Assembly: GCF_018350175.1 (NCBI RefSeq)
Contig: NC_058368.1
Location: forward strand, 86,492,001 to 86,556,000
Source of the DNA: Felis catus
Lineage: Eukaryota
Length of the DNA: 64,000 nucleotides
Direction of reading: 5' to 3'
Shown: positions 1 to 12,674 of the stretch, one piece after another
Layout of the letters: each line of letters begins with the position of its first letter
Numbering within the stretch: position 1 is the stretch's first letter
Notes under the pieces: generated by a model
What the model was told of the DNA's origin: nothing
Database searches by the model: none
The model's input: the letters and a program-made list of their open reading frames with translations, nothing else
Program-made: the position numbers and the translations under genes

Positions 1-156
1 TGAGAGAGGAGACGGTTTTTTTCAAATGCCCAATTAAAAAAAAAATCACAAAGTATATATGTAAATATGGTCTATTCAAATAAACAGAATAAGTTACCTG
101 AAACTAACCCTAAAGAATCACAGTCTAATTAAAAGACTTTAAAATAGAAAATTTAA

Positions 157-345
157 GGACATCTGGAAGCCTTAGTCAGTTAAGTGTCTGACTTAGTTTA
201 GGCTCAGGTCATGACCTCACAGTTTATGAGTTCAAGACCCACATTGGGCTCTGCGCTGACAGTGTGGAGCTTGCTTGGGATTCTCTATCCCTCTCTCTCT
301 GCCCTTCCCCCACATTCTATCTCTCTCTCAAATAAATAAAAATTT
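157..345 (+). mobile_element. Can-SINE, older copy
   Basis: tRNA-like head, gagttcaag B-box, (CT)n, aataaa tail. Confidence 0.85.
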
Positions 346-806
346 TAGAAAAAAGTAATTTTAAACATTATACAAGAGCCAAAGGAAAAGATCAGCAAGT
401 GACTTAAGGTATTCAGAAAAATTGCATATAGACAATATATGGACATGTAAAGAACATTAAGAACATGTCAAGAAGAGATAGATTTTATAAAAATAGGAAC
501 CAAACAGAAATTCTTTATATGACGTATGCAAAAATTGAATTGAGAAATTCACTAGAAGGTTTCAAGTGCAGACTTGAAAAGGCAGAGGAAATAGCAAATT
601 TGAAGATAAGTCATTTGAGATTATCAAGTTCTAGGGAAAAAAATGAAGAAAAGTAAGCAAAGTTAAGGGACTTATGTATATCATCAATCAGAGCAATATA
701 TATTTTATAGGAATCTCAAGAGGGGCTGAGAGCTTATTTAAAGCAATAACAGCTAAAACGTTCCTGTGTTTGAATAAGGACATGGATATAAAAATCCAAA
801 ATATTT

Positions 807-1023
807 GGGGCGCCTGGGTGGCGCAGTCGGTTAAGCGTCCGTCTTCAGCCAGGTCACGATCTCGTGGTCTGGGAGTTCGAGCCCCGCGTCAGGCTCTGGG
901 CTGATGGCTCGGAGCCTGGAGCCTGTTTCCGATTCTGTGTCTCCCTCTCTCTCTGCCCCTCCTCCGTTCATGCTCTGTCTCTCTCTGTCCCAAAAATAAA
1001 TAAACATTGAAAAAAATTTTAAA
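807..1023 (+). mobile_element. Young feline Can-SINE (SINEC_Fc type)
   Basis: ggggcgcctgggtggcgcagtcggttaagcg head; TSD aaaaatccaaaatatt at 790-805 and 1024-1039. Confidence 0.97.
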
Positions 1024-2464
1024 AAAAATCCAAAATATTCAATGAACTCCAAGTAATCTAACCTGAAGAAAACATGTAATCACACTATTGAAAGTAAAAG
1101 AGAAAATCTTGAAAGCAGCAAAAGAAACTCATCATCTATAAGGGATTCTCAAAAAGATTATCAGTAAATTTCTTAGCAGAAATTAACAGGCCAAAAGGTA
1201 GTACAACACTATATTCAAGTCCTGAGAGAAAAATTGTCAACTGTGAATTCTATATATGACAAAGTGTCTTTCGAAAAAAATCAAGAAATTCAGACATTCT
1301 CATATAAATAAGGTTGTCAATTAGATGACCCTAGGCTAAATAATTAGATAAAGTTGCTAATAACAACAAACTTGTTCATGAAGATAAATTCACCTGCAGT
1401 TATGCTGAATTTAGAGGAAAAACTACATTTAGTTTGTTTCTCACTCTTATAGTTATCTGTGTCTTTATTATCCACCTAGTCATAATTGTTTATTTTAATA
1501 TACTTAATTAGGTCAAGGATGATGGTTCAAGTCAGATGTGATAGAGAATCAGTTAAATATTAGACCAGTCTTCAGGCTGTCTTAATTTAAATTCCAGTTT
1601 TGCATATAAATTATAAATAATCTATATGTACCTCCATCTTCTCTTCCATAAATTGAGGATAATCACATAACAATATCCCAGTGGATTAAATTTAGGTTAG
1701 AAATAGGTGTGCTACTAATCAAGTGTTATACTTTTGCTAGTTCTCATTTTTAACAGATGCAATTAATCATTCTTCCCATGGTAATCAGACATTGTTGACT
1801 TTAAGACATTAAGTAAAAGTGAAATCCTATAGAATCTTATAGAATCCTATGATAAACCCTGTCCCAACACATGGTGCTTACAGGGAATTTTTATCTGAAA
1901 CACTCTACCTTGTGGCGAGGAGTGACACTGCCAATATAGCCCAAAGAGCTTGGCCAGTGCCTTCCTAAATTGTACCAGTTAATATATGTTTCTCTGTTTT
2001 ACTTTCCTTACTCCGCCTTTCAGATTCCAAGTTCTTTGAAGCCTTCAGTTACCATAAATAAATGCATAAGTCTTAATTTAGGTAATTATAGTTAAACACT
2101 TCTTTACCACAATTAAGCATGAGATATTTGTTAGCTATTGTGTTAACTCACTTGTGAGATAGCCATAAGCACACTTTGGTTCTGGGCCTGAATACATATC
2201 CAGACAGGGGACCTCCAAGGACAGTGCCAAGCATTCAGGAACTGTGATGGCTGGCTGATGACTTGATGGACAGTCAAGCACAAAGGGGAGAAGGAAAAGC
2301 AGGTGGCACTGTGATGTCCACCCACTAAAACCTCCTTTTTGTTTGTTTCAAGTTCTTATTTAAAATCGAGTTAACATATAGTGTAATATTGGCTTCAGGA
2401 GTAGAATTTAGTGATTCATCACTTGTATTTAATGCCTAGTACTCATCAAAACAAGTATCCTCTA

Positions 2465-2682
2465 GGGGTTCCTGAGTTTTTCAGTGGGTTGAGCATCTTG
2501 ACTTCAGTTCAGGTCATGATCTCAAAGTCTGTGAGCTTGAGCCCCGCATCAGGCTCTGCGCTGACAGCTCAGAGCCTGGAGCCTGCTTTGGACTCTGTGT
2601 CTCCCTATGTCTCTGCCCCTCCCCTGCTCACACTGTGTCTGTATCTCTCTGTCAAAAATAAATAAACATTAAAAAAATTAAA
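2465..2682 (+). mobile_element. Can-SINE inside L1 3'UTR
   Basis: SINE body; TSD aagtatcctcta at 2453-2464 and 2683-2694. Confidence 0.93.
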
Positions 2683-3499
2683 AAGTATCCTCTATAATAC
2701 CCATCACACATTTAGACCATCCCCTGCCCACTTCACCTCCAGCAACCCTCAGTTTTTCCCTATAGTTAAGAGTCTCTTATGATTTGTCTCCTTCTCTCTC
2801 CTCCCTCTCTCTCTTTCTTTTCTTTTTGTTCCACTATGTGCATCCATTTTGTTTCTTAAATTCAACATATGAGTGAAATAATATAGTATTGATCTTCTCT
2901 GAGTGACTTATTTCACTTAGCATAATACACTCTAGCTCCACCCAAGTCATACAAATGGAAAGATTTCTTTCCTTTTCATGGCTGAGCAATATTCCATTGT
3001 AAATATATATACCACATCTTCTTTTTCCATTCATTAGTGGATGCACATTTGGGCTCTTTCCATAATTTGGATATTGTTGATAATGCTACTATAAACATCA
3101 GGGTGCATGTGCCCTTTTGAAGCAGTATTTTTGTATTCTTCAGGTAAATAACTAGGAGTGCAATTCCTGAGTCATACCATAGTTCTATGTTTAGCTTTTT
3201 GATAAACCTCCATAACGATTCTAGAGTGGCTGAAACAATTTGCATTCCCTTCAATAGTGCAAGAGTGTTCCCCTTTCTTCCCAAACTCACCAGCATCTAT
3301 TGTTTCCTGTGTTGTTAATTTTAGCCATTCTGACAGGTGTGAAGTGGTATCTCATCATGTTATTCATTTTTATTTCCTGATGATGAGTGATGTTGAGCAT
3401 CTTTTCATGTGTCTGTTAGCCTTCTGAATGTCTTTGAGAAAATGCCTATTCATATATTCTGCCCATTTCTTCACTGGATTACTTGGTTTTTAGGTGTTG

Positions 3500-4566
3500 T
3501 GCTGGAAGCCGAGCTATCCCAGCCTGATGCCAAGGCCGAGGCTGTGGACGGATTGATGACTGCAAGGCGGCCCACGGACAGTGAAGCTTCTTGTACTCCC
3601 ATGCTTAGGTAATTTGGCCTTAATAAAAGTACCTGGGGAGTTGTCTGTTGGGGAATTGCCCTCGACAGGCTCCCTGGGAAAAGAACGATTAGGAAAGAAA
3701 ATAAGGTTCTGCAAGAAATTGTGCAGCCCTACATTTAGCCCTTGCCACCCCCTATAAAGACTCCTCTACCTAAAGGAAGGATAGCCTCATACATTTGCCA
3801 GCAAACGAGGCCAACAAAGGAGAAACATGGATTTGAAAGCCCCACTCCAGTAACTAAGGAGTGTATCCATGGGCACAGGTCACTCCAACCCCTAAGCCCA
3901 CTTGGCCCACAGGAGGCATTCCAGATGATGATTGAACCTAGTCGGTTAAGGTACAGAATGGTTCATTAGTTCCTAGGTGCATTATCTCTCTGAGAATGTA
4001 TAAGGTGTGGGTTTCTAAGGCCCTCTTGTCCCCCTCCTGGAACCTCAGGCTGAGGCGAACGCTTTTGTTCTTCAAACCACAAATGGTTCAGGGAAACAAG
4101 AGGTCATGTCCCTGCAACTGTTCCACTTGAGATGTTGAGAGATAAATTACCTTTCATGAAAACAGCAAAGCAAATGCTTTATAGGTTATAGATAAATGTA
4201 GATACATAATAAAAACAATGAAAGAAATTAATCAATAAGCAAAGGGCAGGAGGGAACGTTACAAGAAAACAATCATGTTATTCCTTAATGGGCGATTACA
4301 CAAAAGAACAATTTTAGAATGGGATAATGCCAGAAAACATAGATGACACATGCTATAAGCTAATTGTTAGCAAATATAATGCCGCGTTTGCCACAATAAA
4401 GTGGCCAGTTCAACACACTGCTGTTGTCTGTGTCCATTTTTATTTTTTGTTTTTATTTTAGTTTTTTTATTTTAGTTTTTAATTTTAGTTTTGTTTTATT
4501 TTCACTTTTTTGCTGACGCCGTTTCATCCTTCGGGAACCCCTGGTTGCTGGCGCTGGCCTCTGGCA
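3500..4566 (+). repeat. 5' LTR (~1.07 kb)
   Basis: Starts tgctgg, ends ctggca 2 nt before the PBS; TATA-like elements near 4354 and 4375; aataaa at 4395-4400. Confidence 0.88.
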
Positions 4567-4568
4567 AG

Positions 4569-4586
4569 TGGCACCCGAACAAGGAC
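4569..4586 (+). promoter_or_regulatory. Primer-binding site, tRNA-Lys(UUU)
   Basis: tggcacccgaacaaggac matches the canonical TGGCGCCCGAACAGGGAC at 16/18; candidate major splice donor caggtaagt follows at 4665-4673. Confidence 0.92.
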
Positions 4587-4708
4587 CTGAAGGTAATCAG
4601 CTAGGAGCACTCAGGATGGCTAGGACTCCACCTGGGGTGCCGCGGACCACCCTGCGGACATAGGCAGGTAAGTGAAGGGTGGATAGTCAGAACAAAATTT
4701 GAGAAGTT

Positions 4709-5812
4709 ATGGGCCATATTGAGTCTAAAGAAAGAAGACTCTTTATTGAATTACTACTGCATATGCTTGGAAAAAGAAAAATTAAAGTTACTAGTAGCCA
4801 GTTGGCTAAATTTTAAAATTTTATTCAGAAATGTTGTCTGTGGTTTCCTGAAGAAGGTACAGTAAACTTACAGACATGGAATAGAGTAGGACATGAGCTT
4901 AGAGAATATTATACTCTCCATGGACCAGAAAAGGTACCTGTAGATGCCTTTGCTCTTTTGAATTTAATTAAAGATGTTTTAGAATGCCAACAAGATGTTG
5001 AAAAACTCCCCCAACGGGAGAATTTTTCTTTAGAGAAGGCACTCCTTTGCTTTCTCCTGCAAAGTCTCAGGCAATGCTGGCTTAGGCCCCGCCTGATGGT
5101 GATAAGCTTACACCTGAAGAGGAACAAGATTTAGAGGATGCTGCAGCCAAGTATCATGATGAGGGAAGCCCTATAGGGGTTTGTGCAGCTCAGCTAAGGA
5201 ATAAAGAGCCTGCTAAGCCTTTTTGGGCTCCCCCTAGTCCTTTATATTGTGATAAATTGTTTAGACGTTTGCCACCTCGTCCCCCTCCTCCAATGACCTT
5301 GGCACAACAAAAGGTCCATAGAACTTCAGGTTTTTTGGCTGTGCTAAGACAGGCAGAACAGGCAAGGGATGGTGAATTTGCTCAATGTTTTTCTGTCATG
5401 TATGGTGGAGAATTTGATGAAAAGATCTCTTGGGAACCTCTGCCATATAAAATACTCAAGGAACTAAAGGTTGCATGTCAGGACTAGGGTCCTCTTACTC
5501 CTTATACATTAACTCTTTTGGATGCACTGTATAATAGGTGGATGACACCTTATGATTGGGTGCAAGTGGCCAAGGCCTGCTTGTCTGGAGGTAATTATTT
5601 ATTATGGAAGGCAGAATATGAGGAATTGGCTAAGAACAAGGTTTCCATAAAAAGAAAGTCTAAAAATGTTCCTATGACTTTAGACATGTTGTTAGGAAGA
5701 AGAGAATATAATACTGCCCGGAGTCAGATGTAATTAGACAAGGATGTTCTTGCAGAAGTAAATTCCTGTGCAGTCAATGCTTGGAAGTCCTTGCCAGTCA
5801 CTGCTTAAAAAG
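4709..5812 (+). pseudogene. gag: Betaretroviral gag remnant (matrix, phosphoprotein region, capsid N-terminal domain)
   Basis: MGHIESKERRLFIELL...WFPEEGTVNLQTWNRVG...YYTLHGPEKVPVDAF resembles MPMV/JSRV matrix; DLEDAAAKY; WEPLPYKILKELK and MTPYDWVQVAKACLSGGNYLLWKAEY resemble capsid; stops at 4814, 5485, 5731 and a frameshift near 5030. Confidence 0.92.
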
Positions 5813-5964
5813 CAACAGACAATACCCCAGGTACTTTTATTAAGGCCAAATTACCTAAAAGTGGGAGTACAAGAAGCTTCACTGTTGGTGGGCTGCCTTG
5901 CAGTCACCAATCCATCCACAGCCTGGGCCCTGACACTCAGGCTGGGATTGCTTGGCTTCCAGCA
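5813..5964 (-). repeat. Inverted copy of LTR positions 3500-3650
   Basis: Reverse complement aligns to 3500-3650 with about 15 substitutions and 1 indel by manual count (~89%). Confidence 0.96.
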
Positions 5965-6625
5965 GCATTGAGTTTGATAAGTTCTTTATGTATTTTGGAT
6001 ACTAACAATTTATCAGATATGTCACTTGCAGATATCTTCTCCCATTCTGTAGGTTGTCTTTTTGTTTTGTTGATACTTTCTTTCACTATGCAGAAACTTT
6101 TTATCTTGATGAAGACCCACTAGTTCACTGTTCTTTTGTTTCCCTTGCCTCAGGATATGTGTGTACAAAGAAGTAACTACAGCTTATGTCAATGAGGTTG
6201 CTGCCTGTGTTCTCCTAGGTATTTGGATGATTTTAAGTCATATTTAGGTCTTTAATTTATTTTGAATTTATTTTTGTGTATGGTGTAAGAAAGTGGTCCA
6301 ATTTCATTCTTCTGCATCTTGCTGTCCAGATTTTGCAAATCATTTATTGAAGACTGTCTTTTTTTATTGGGTATTCTTTCCTGGTTTGTCAAAGATAAGT
6401 TGACCATATAGTTATAAGTGTGGGTCCATTCCTAGTTTTTCTCTTCTGTTCCATTTATCTATGGGTATGTTTTTGGACCAGTACCATACTGTCTTGAGGA
6501 CTACCACTTTATACTATAGCTTGATGTCCAGAACTGTGATATCTCCAGCTTTGTTTTTCTTTTCCAATATGGCTTTGGCTATTCAGGGTCTATTGTGGTT
6601 CCATACAAATCTTAGTAGTGTTGAG

Positions 6626-6820
6626 GGGCACCTTGATGGCTCAGTCTGTTAAGCACCTGACTCTTGATTTCAGCTCAGGTCATATTCCCATGGTCATGAG
6701 ACTGAGCCTGCACTGGGCACCACTGGGCATCCCAAACAAAAGCTTGTTTGAGATTCTCTTTCTCTGTTTCTCTCTCTCCTTTTCTTTTTTTCCTTTTTCC
6801 TCTCTCTCTCTCTCTCCAAA
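6626..6820 (+). mobile_element. Can-SINE inside L1
   Basis: ggggcacc head, CT-rich tail, decayed TSD. Confidence 0.85.
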
Positions 6821-9800
6821 AAATGTTGGTATTGTTGGTTCTAGCTCTGTGAAAAATACTGGTGGTATTTTGAATAGAGATTGCATTTAACACAGTTATT
6901 GCTTTGGGTAGGACAGACATTTTAACAATATTTGTTCTTCCAATCTATAAACATGGAATATTTTCTATTTTTCTTGTATTTTCTTCAATTTCCTTCACCA
7001 GTGTTTTATTATTTTCAGAGTACAGATTTTTGCCTCTTTGATTAGGTTTATTATTATGTATCCTATGGGTTTTGGTGCAATTGCAAATGGAAACAATTCC
7101 TTTATTTCTCTTTCTGCTTCTTCATTATTGGTGTATAGAAATGTGACAGATTTGTGTATGTTGGTTTTGGATCCTGAGACTTTGCTGAATTTGTGTACTA
7201 GTTCTAACAAGCCTTGGCTGGAGTCTTTTGGGTTTTCTACATAAAGTATTATGTCATTACCAGAGTGAAAGATTGACTTCTCTCTTGCCAATTTTGATGT
7301 CTTTTATTTCTCTTTGTTGTCTGATTGCTGAGACTAAGACTTCCAGTACTACTCTAAATAACAATTGTGAGAGTGAATGTCCTTGTCTTCCTGACTGTAG
7401 AGGAAAAGCTCTAAGATTCTCCCCATTGAAGATTATATTAGCTGTGTGTATTTCATTTATGGCATTTATGGTGTTAAGGTATGTTCCCTCTATCCCTACT
7501 TTGTGGAAGGTTTTTATCAAGAATGGATGCTGTACTGTAATGCTTTTTCTGAATCTATTGAAAGGATCATATATTTCTTATCTTTTCTCCTATTAATGTG
7601 GTGTGTCATATTGATTGATTTGCAAATATTGAACTACTATTGCAGCTCAGGAGTACATCCCATTGTATGTATCCCATTGTGGTGAATGATTCTTTTAAGG
7701 TACTCTTGATTAGTATCTTGTGAACTTTTGCACCCATGTTCATCAGGGATATTGGTGTTTAATTCTCTTTTTTATGGGGCTTATGTCTGGTTTTTGAATT
7801 TAGGTAATTCTGGCCTTGTGCAATGAGGTTGTAAGTATTCTTCCATTTCTATTTTTTGGAACAGTTTGAGAGGATGAGTGTTAACTCTTTTTTAAATGTT
7901 TGATAGCCTTCCCCTGAGAAGTCATCTGGTCCTGGATTTTTGTTTGTTGGGAGATTTTTGATAACTAATTCAGTTTCTTTTCTGGTTATTGGTTTTAAAA
8001 TTTCCCACTTCTTCTTGTTTCAGTTTTCTTACTTTATATATGTTTCTAAGAATTTATCCATTTCTTCCAGAATGCTTAATTTGTTAGCATATAATTTTTC
8101 ATAATAGTCTCTTCTAATTGTTTATATTTCTGTGTTGTTGGTTACCATCTCTCCTCTTGTATTTGTGATTTTATTTAGGTTATTTCTCTTTTCTTTTTGA
8201 TAAGTCTGGCTATAGGTTTATCAATTTTATTAATTCTAAAAAAATCATTTGTTTTTGGTGAGTCAGTGGTATTGCTTGGAGGCAGAACTTCTGGAAGAAT
8301 GACTGGCACAGACCTGGTCAATCACAATAGACATTGTAGCTGCATGGAACAGAGTAGTGGAGACTCTCTGACCAGTTAAGTCATGGTCAAAAGTCAGGGA
8401 TTTTAAGTAGCATTTGAAGTGCTATTAACTATTTACAAACTAGCATGAGAATCTTTTTATATTTTAGAAACTGAATTATTCACATCAATTGAGTTACTGT
8501 TCTAGTTGAGTATAAATGTAACCCCCAGTAAATCCCAACTCCTCAAAGTAAGTGAACAAGATTGAAGGAAAGGAAAATTTTTACTTGAAAGGTGAAGATT
8601 AAAAGTGGTTAAATAAATTCATGAATGAAGTAAAAAATATGAAAGATATTTGAATATTGCATATAAAAGTAGTAGTGATAAATTATTTTATTGATTATAG
8701 TTGAAAAGATAAACTGCAAAGTAAACTTGCACATCAAACATGTCAAAAAGAAGAATAAGATAGACAAAGTGAATACTACAATTGATTTTTTCTTTTTTTT
8801 TGAGACTTAGTCTTCCAGAAAATACCTTATGGAGGTTCTGTTAAAATGTGTACTTTCTAGAAGCATAGCTCAGGAACCACAATCTTGAAGTAGGGAAACC
8901 TTGTTAATGCTACATGTGGATGCTATGACATAATTGGAATTTAATTTGGTTCAAGTTCTTATATTTCTTCAGAAGGCATACATACTAATCACCAATGGGA
9001 GCAAGAATATTTGTAATTTTGATTTATTAATTTATTTAGTATAATAAAAGTTTTAACAATTAAATAAAACTTTAAACTTGAAGGTAAGCTTCTTGAAAGT
9101 GATGGTGTTAATCAAATTGTGTGACTCCAAAAACTGTGTAAATATTATTGAAGTTTTCTTCTTTTTTTTTTCAGTTTTATTAGAGCTAACACATACCTCA
9201 CATAGGAAGCATTTCACTGAGCTACTTTAGCTGAACATGTGTGTTGAGGTTTCCCTCTAGTGTGGAAGTACTGCATTCATTCAATACAAAAAGACTTTCC
9301 TTAGATGTACTTTGCAGGGACTGATAGCATCAGTTGCTGCATGACCTTTAAGTTGGCCTCATTATCACCATACTTCAGTATCCCTGGGCAGTATGTGTCC
9401 CAATGGACATTTAGTTGAAACAGGTAAAAGTACCTTCCATTTTTTTTAATAAATCCAATTGAGTCACTAATACATGGTTTCTTCTAAGACACTTAGGAAT
9501 ATTCCATTCTGGCAATGTTATTCCCATCCTGGAATCACATAGGCAACTTGAGTTCAGAGTATTTATTCCCCTCACTCACGCATACACACTTGGGCATAAT
9601 TAAAACCCTACACACTAATCTGGCAAAAAGGAAAAAAAACTTAAAGAGATGTTAATAATTGAAATAATGAGGTAAGATTTTTTAGTCTAATATAACATTT
9701 TGAAAATTATATATCTGAGTAATCATCATGGGGCTTGTTAGGCTAAACAAGACAACTGATAATCATTTGGAATTCTTAGAGTTCTGTCTCCTGGGTATCC

Positions 9801-10039
9801 TTTCCTATATTAATTACAGTATATCTGGTTAACATCACCCAAGAGAGCAGGCACTGAATGCAGTAAGAATCCTCTGAGAAATTGAGAGACCTAAAAGTTA
9901 ATGTAACTATGATACTAAAAAAAATTATTGAAAGCTTTAAGTTTGGAAAAAAAATATGGAGTATCCACAGCTCACATATATTGCCTATAATGCAAAATTG
10001 AGCAACAAAATTATACCTGAATTTAACAATTTTTTAAAA

Positions 10040-10265
10040 AGAAGAGATAAGGATCCAGACTAAGACACATACATAGGAAACAAGATGTGAAAACAAAGGG
10101 AGAAAAGAGCCATCTACAAGCCAAGAAGAAAGGCTTCAAAAGAAGCCTTTACTGACACCTTTGTCTTTAACTTCTAGTCTCCAGAACTGTGAGAAAATAA
10201 ATTTATGTTATGTAATCTGCCAAGTCTTGGTACTTTGTTTTGGCAAGCCCTCAGAAACTAACACA
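10040..10265 (+). mobile_element. MaLR (MLT1-like) LTR 3' part
   Basis: gccatctacaagccaag...ctccagaactgtgagaaaataaattt...aaactaacaca typical of MLT1 ends. Confidence 0.8.
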
Positions 10266-12674
10266 GGAGGTTTACTCCCTCATTAATTTGATAGAGAAGT
10301 AGTGAGAGTTTTTGCAATTCATGATTAACAAGATAAACTAATAAATTGGGAAGTCTCATCTGGCGCTTTTTCTTCACTGTGTAAAGAAAATGTTTTTAAA
10401 TTCAAAATATATGACATTTGCCTATAATGTTTATTTGAATACTTATGAAAATATAATCTGTTAACTAGAAAAAAAAAACTATCTGGCTCTTTCTTAAAAG
10501 ATTAAATGTATATCTACTCTTTGACCCAGAAATTCCACACCTAGTTATTTATCATAGATAATAAATGCATATGTCCACAGATTTATCCTTGTAGATACCC
10601 GAAAATCTTTATTAACAACAGGCAGGAAATGGAAATAACCCAGGTGTCAATTGTTAAGAGAATGGACAAATAAAATGTAATGTATCTATTCAAAGGAGTA
10701 GTAATCATCAAGAAATGATGCTCAGGTAGCAGGATAGCATGAGGGCCCTAGTCTTTCCCATCCATGGAACACAACTAGAATATTACCAAATCATTATGAA
10801 TACACAAGATATCAACCTGAGCACTTACAGAACAAACTGCACAATTAGAGGGAAAGAAGAGGCCACACTGAGGTAGGTAGTGCTGAGCTGTGGTTTGGGG
10901 GAGAAATGGACTGCGGGTGCTGCAGAGGGGACAGAGCCCTGGTCAGAGGGAGTGGCCTGAGAGAGGAGAGTTCATAGGGAAATGAAAAAGGTGAACATGT
11001 TCCCATAACTTTTGGCTGGGTAAACAAGAGGAGTTGATTTTTGTGAGTTGTTGCAACCAGTGGTGCTCAAAGACTGGAGTTTTAAAGGTCAGTGGGTTTG
11101 CTGGGATAGAGTCCTGAAGGCACTGCCCTACTCCTGGAGAGAAGGCAGTCAGGAAAACAACATTGGGGCAGATGTCTCAATCTGAGGGTCATCTAAGGCT
11201 CACAGGGCAGAATCTTCCCTCTACTTGCAGAGTAACTATGAGAGGTGGCTTTGACAGAGATGCCTCTCTGGGGACAAAAAAGCCAGCTGGAGGTGTTGGC
11301 TTCTCCCCTCATCATAGGCTCAAATACATCTACCTAGGGCTTTGGTGCCAACAGTGGCTATTTAGCTGCTTCTTCAAAATCCCACATTTTTGCACTCTGG
11401 TGCAACTGCCTTCTTGGTCAAACCTACAACCATTCCAGTGCAATGAGCCCCTCCTCCAGAAGACCAGATCAGGCCCCGCCTGATCCCACATCCATGAAGT
11501 TTGTAGTTGTAAAAGTCGGCAGGTTTGTCTGGGATAGAGCCCAAAGTGCACTGCACTGCAGGAAAGCAACCCAGAGAAAGACAGGATGAAAACAGCAATG
11601 TAGAAAATGCCTCAGTTGCACTATGGGAAGATTATTCAATCTGGGAGTGCTTCCTGGAGAGCAGCCAGCACTGAGATCACTCTCCAGGGGCAAAGTAGCT
11701 GGTTGGTGCCATTTCTCTCCCTTGCTTCTCAAAATTAGCAACCTTCAGTAAGTATACCAGTGCCAATACTGGCTGCCTAACATGGTTACACTAAGTTACC
11801 CTCCCACCTTGCAATGCTGGTACTGTTTTTCTCAGGAAAATGTACATCAGTCCCAGTTCAGTGGACTCCTTCCCCAGAAGACCACCAGAAATCCTTACAC
11901 ATACCACATATCCTGAACAGAAAATCTGGCAAGGCTTCAGTTCTAGTGGAAGTAGCATAAGGTCTCATTTCACAAGCAGACTAGAGCACACTTAGTTAAA
12001 ATTTGCCATACTCCAGACAAAGACCAAACATTGTTCATTGCAGGCAAAGAGAAGCTCTACATGCGACTATTCTGAAGGGTAGAGCATCCAAAACACAGAA
12101 ACAGAGTGCATGCAGCACACACTAGAGACACTCCCTGAAGCACCTGGCTCTGGACACCACATGACCTCTTCTTCATGAAGAAAGGATCAGAAAACTTAAC
12201 ACACTTTTCTAACACAGAGAAGAAAACAGACACCTAGACAAAATGCAAAGATGGAGGAATTCATTCCAGAAAAACAAAACAAACAAGCAAACAAAACCAA
12301 GAAAAGGTCACAACCAGATACATAATTGAAACATATATAAATAGTATGCCTGATAGATTATTTAAAGCAACAATCATAAGGATCCTCACTGGGCATGAAA
12401 AGAGATTGGAAGACTACAGGGATGTTTTTACCACAGAGATAAAAAATAAATAATCTGTTAGAAATTAAAAATGCAATAATTGATATTTGAAACAGACCAG
12501 ATATAATGAACAAGGATGGAAGAAGCAGAGGAAAAAAGTAAGCAAACAGAAAATAGACTAATGGAAAACAATAAAGCTGAATGAAAGAGGAAGATTTGTG
12601 GATCATGAAAATAGACAGAGGGAACTCAGTGATTTCATCAAACATGATAACATTTGTATCACAGGAATCCCAGA

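Larger units (their letters stand above)
1..1310 (+). mobile_element. Decayed LINE-1 ORF1 fragment, interrupted by two SINEs
   Basis: ORF1-like motifs (gagaaaatcttgaaagcagcaa, tatattcaagtcctgagagaaaa); many stops. Confidence 0.75.
3500..5964 (+). mobile_element. Defective class II (betaretrovirus-like) endogenous retrovirus with inverted U3 at its right end
   Basis: TG...CA termini; LTR, PBS and gag in order; flanked by gtgttg (3494-3499) and gcattg (5965-5970); host L1 reads through once it is removed. Confidence 0.92.
2345..8245 (-). mobile_element. 5'-truncated LINE-1 (3'UTR and ORF2), host to the ERV and two SINEs
   Basis: Minus-strand ORF2 peptides (e.g. 7257..7520 LRAFPLQSGRQGHSLSQLLF; 6995..7291 IILYVENPKDS); L1 3' end near 2345. 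Confidence 0.93.

Noticed and set aside
2140..2330. Possible non-coding OR exon on the minus strand (donor-like gtgagt near 2146-2151)
   Set aside because: Short motif only; cannot be supported without transcript data.
3742..3969. U3 ORF as an MMTV sag-like gene
   Set aside because: Only 75 codons, non-ATG start and no recognisable similarity.
3500..5964. DNA transposon call based on terminal inverted repeats
   Set aside because: The interior is LTR, PBS and gag with no transposase, and the repeat is the LTR start.
9340..9850. Scattered O/E-like sites in unique DNA (also near 23861)
   Set aside because: Degenerate matches expected by chance, with no tight composite arrangement.
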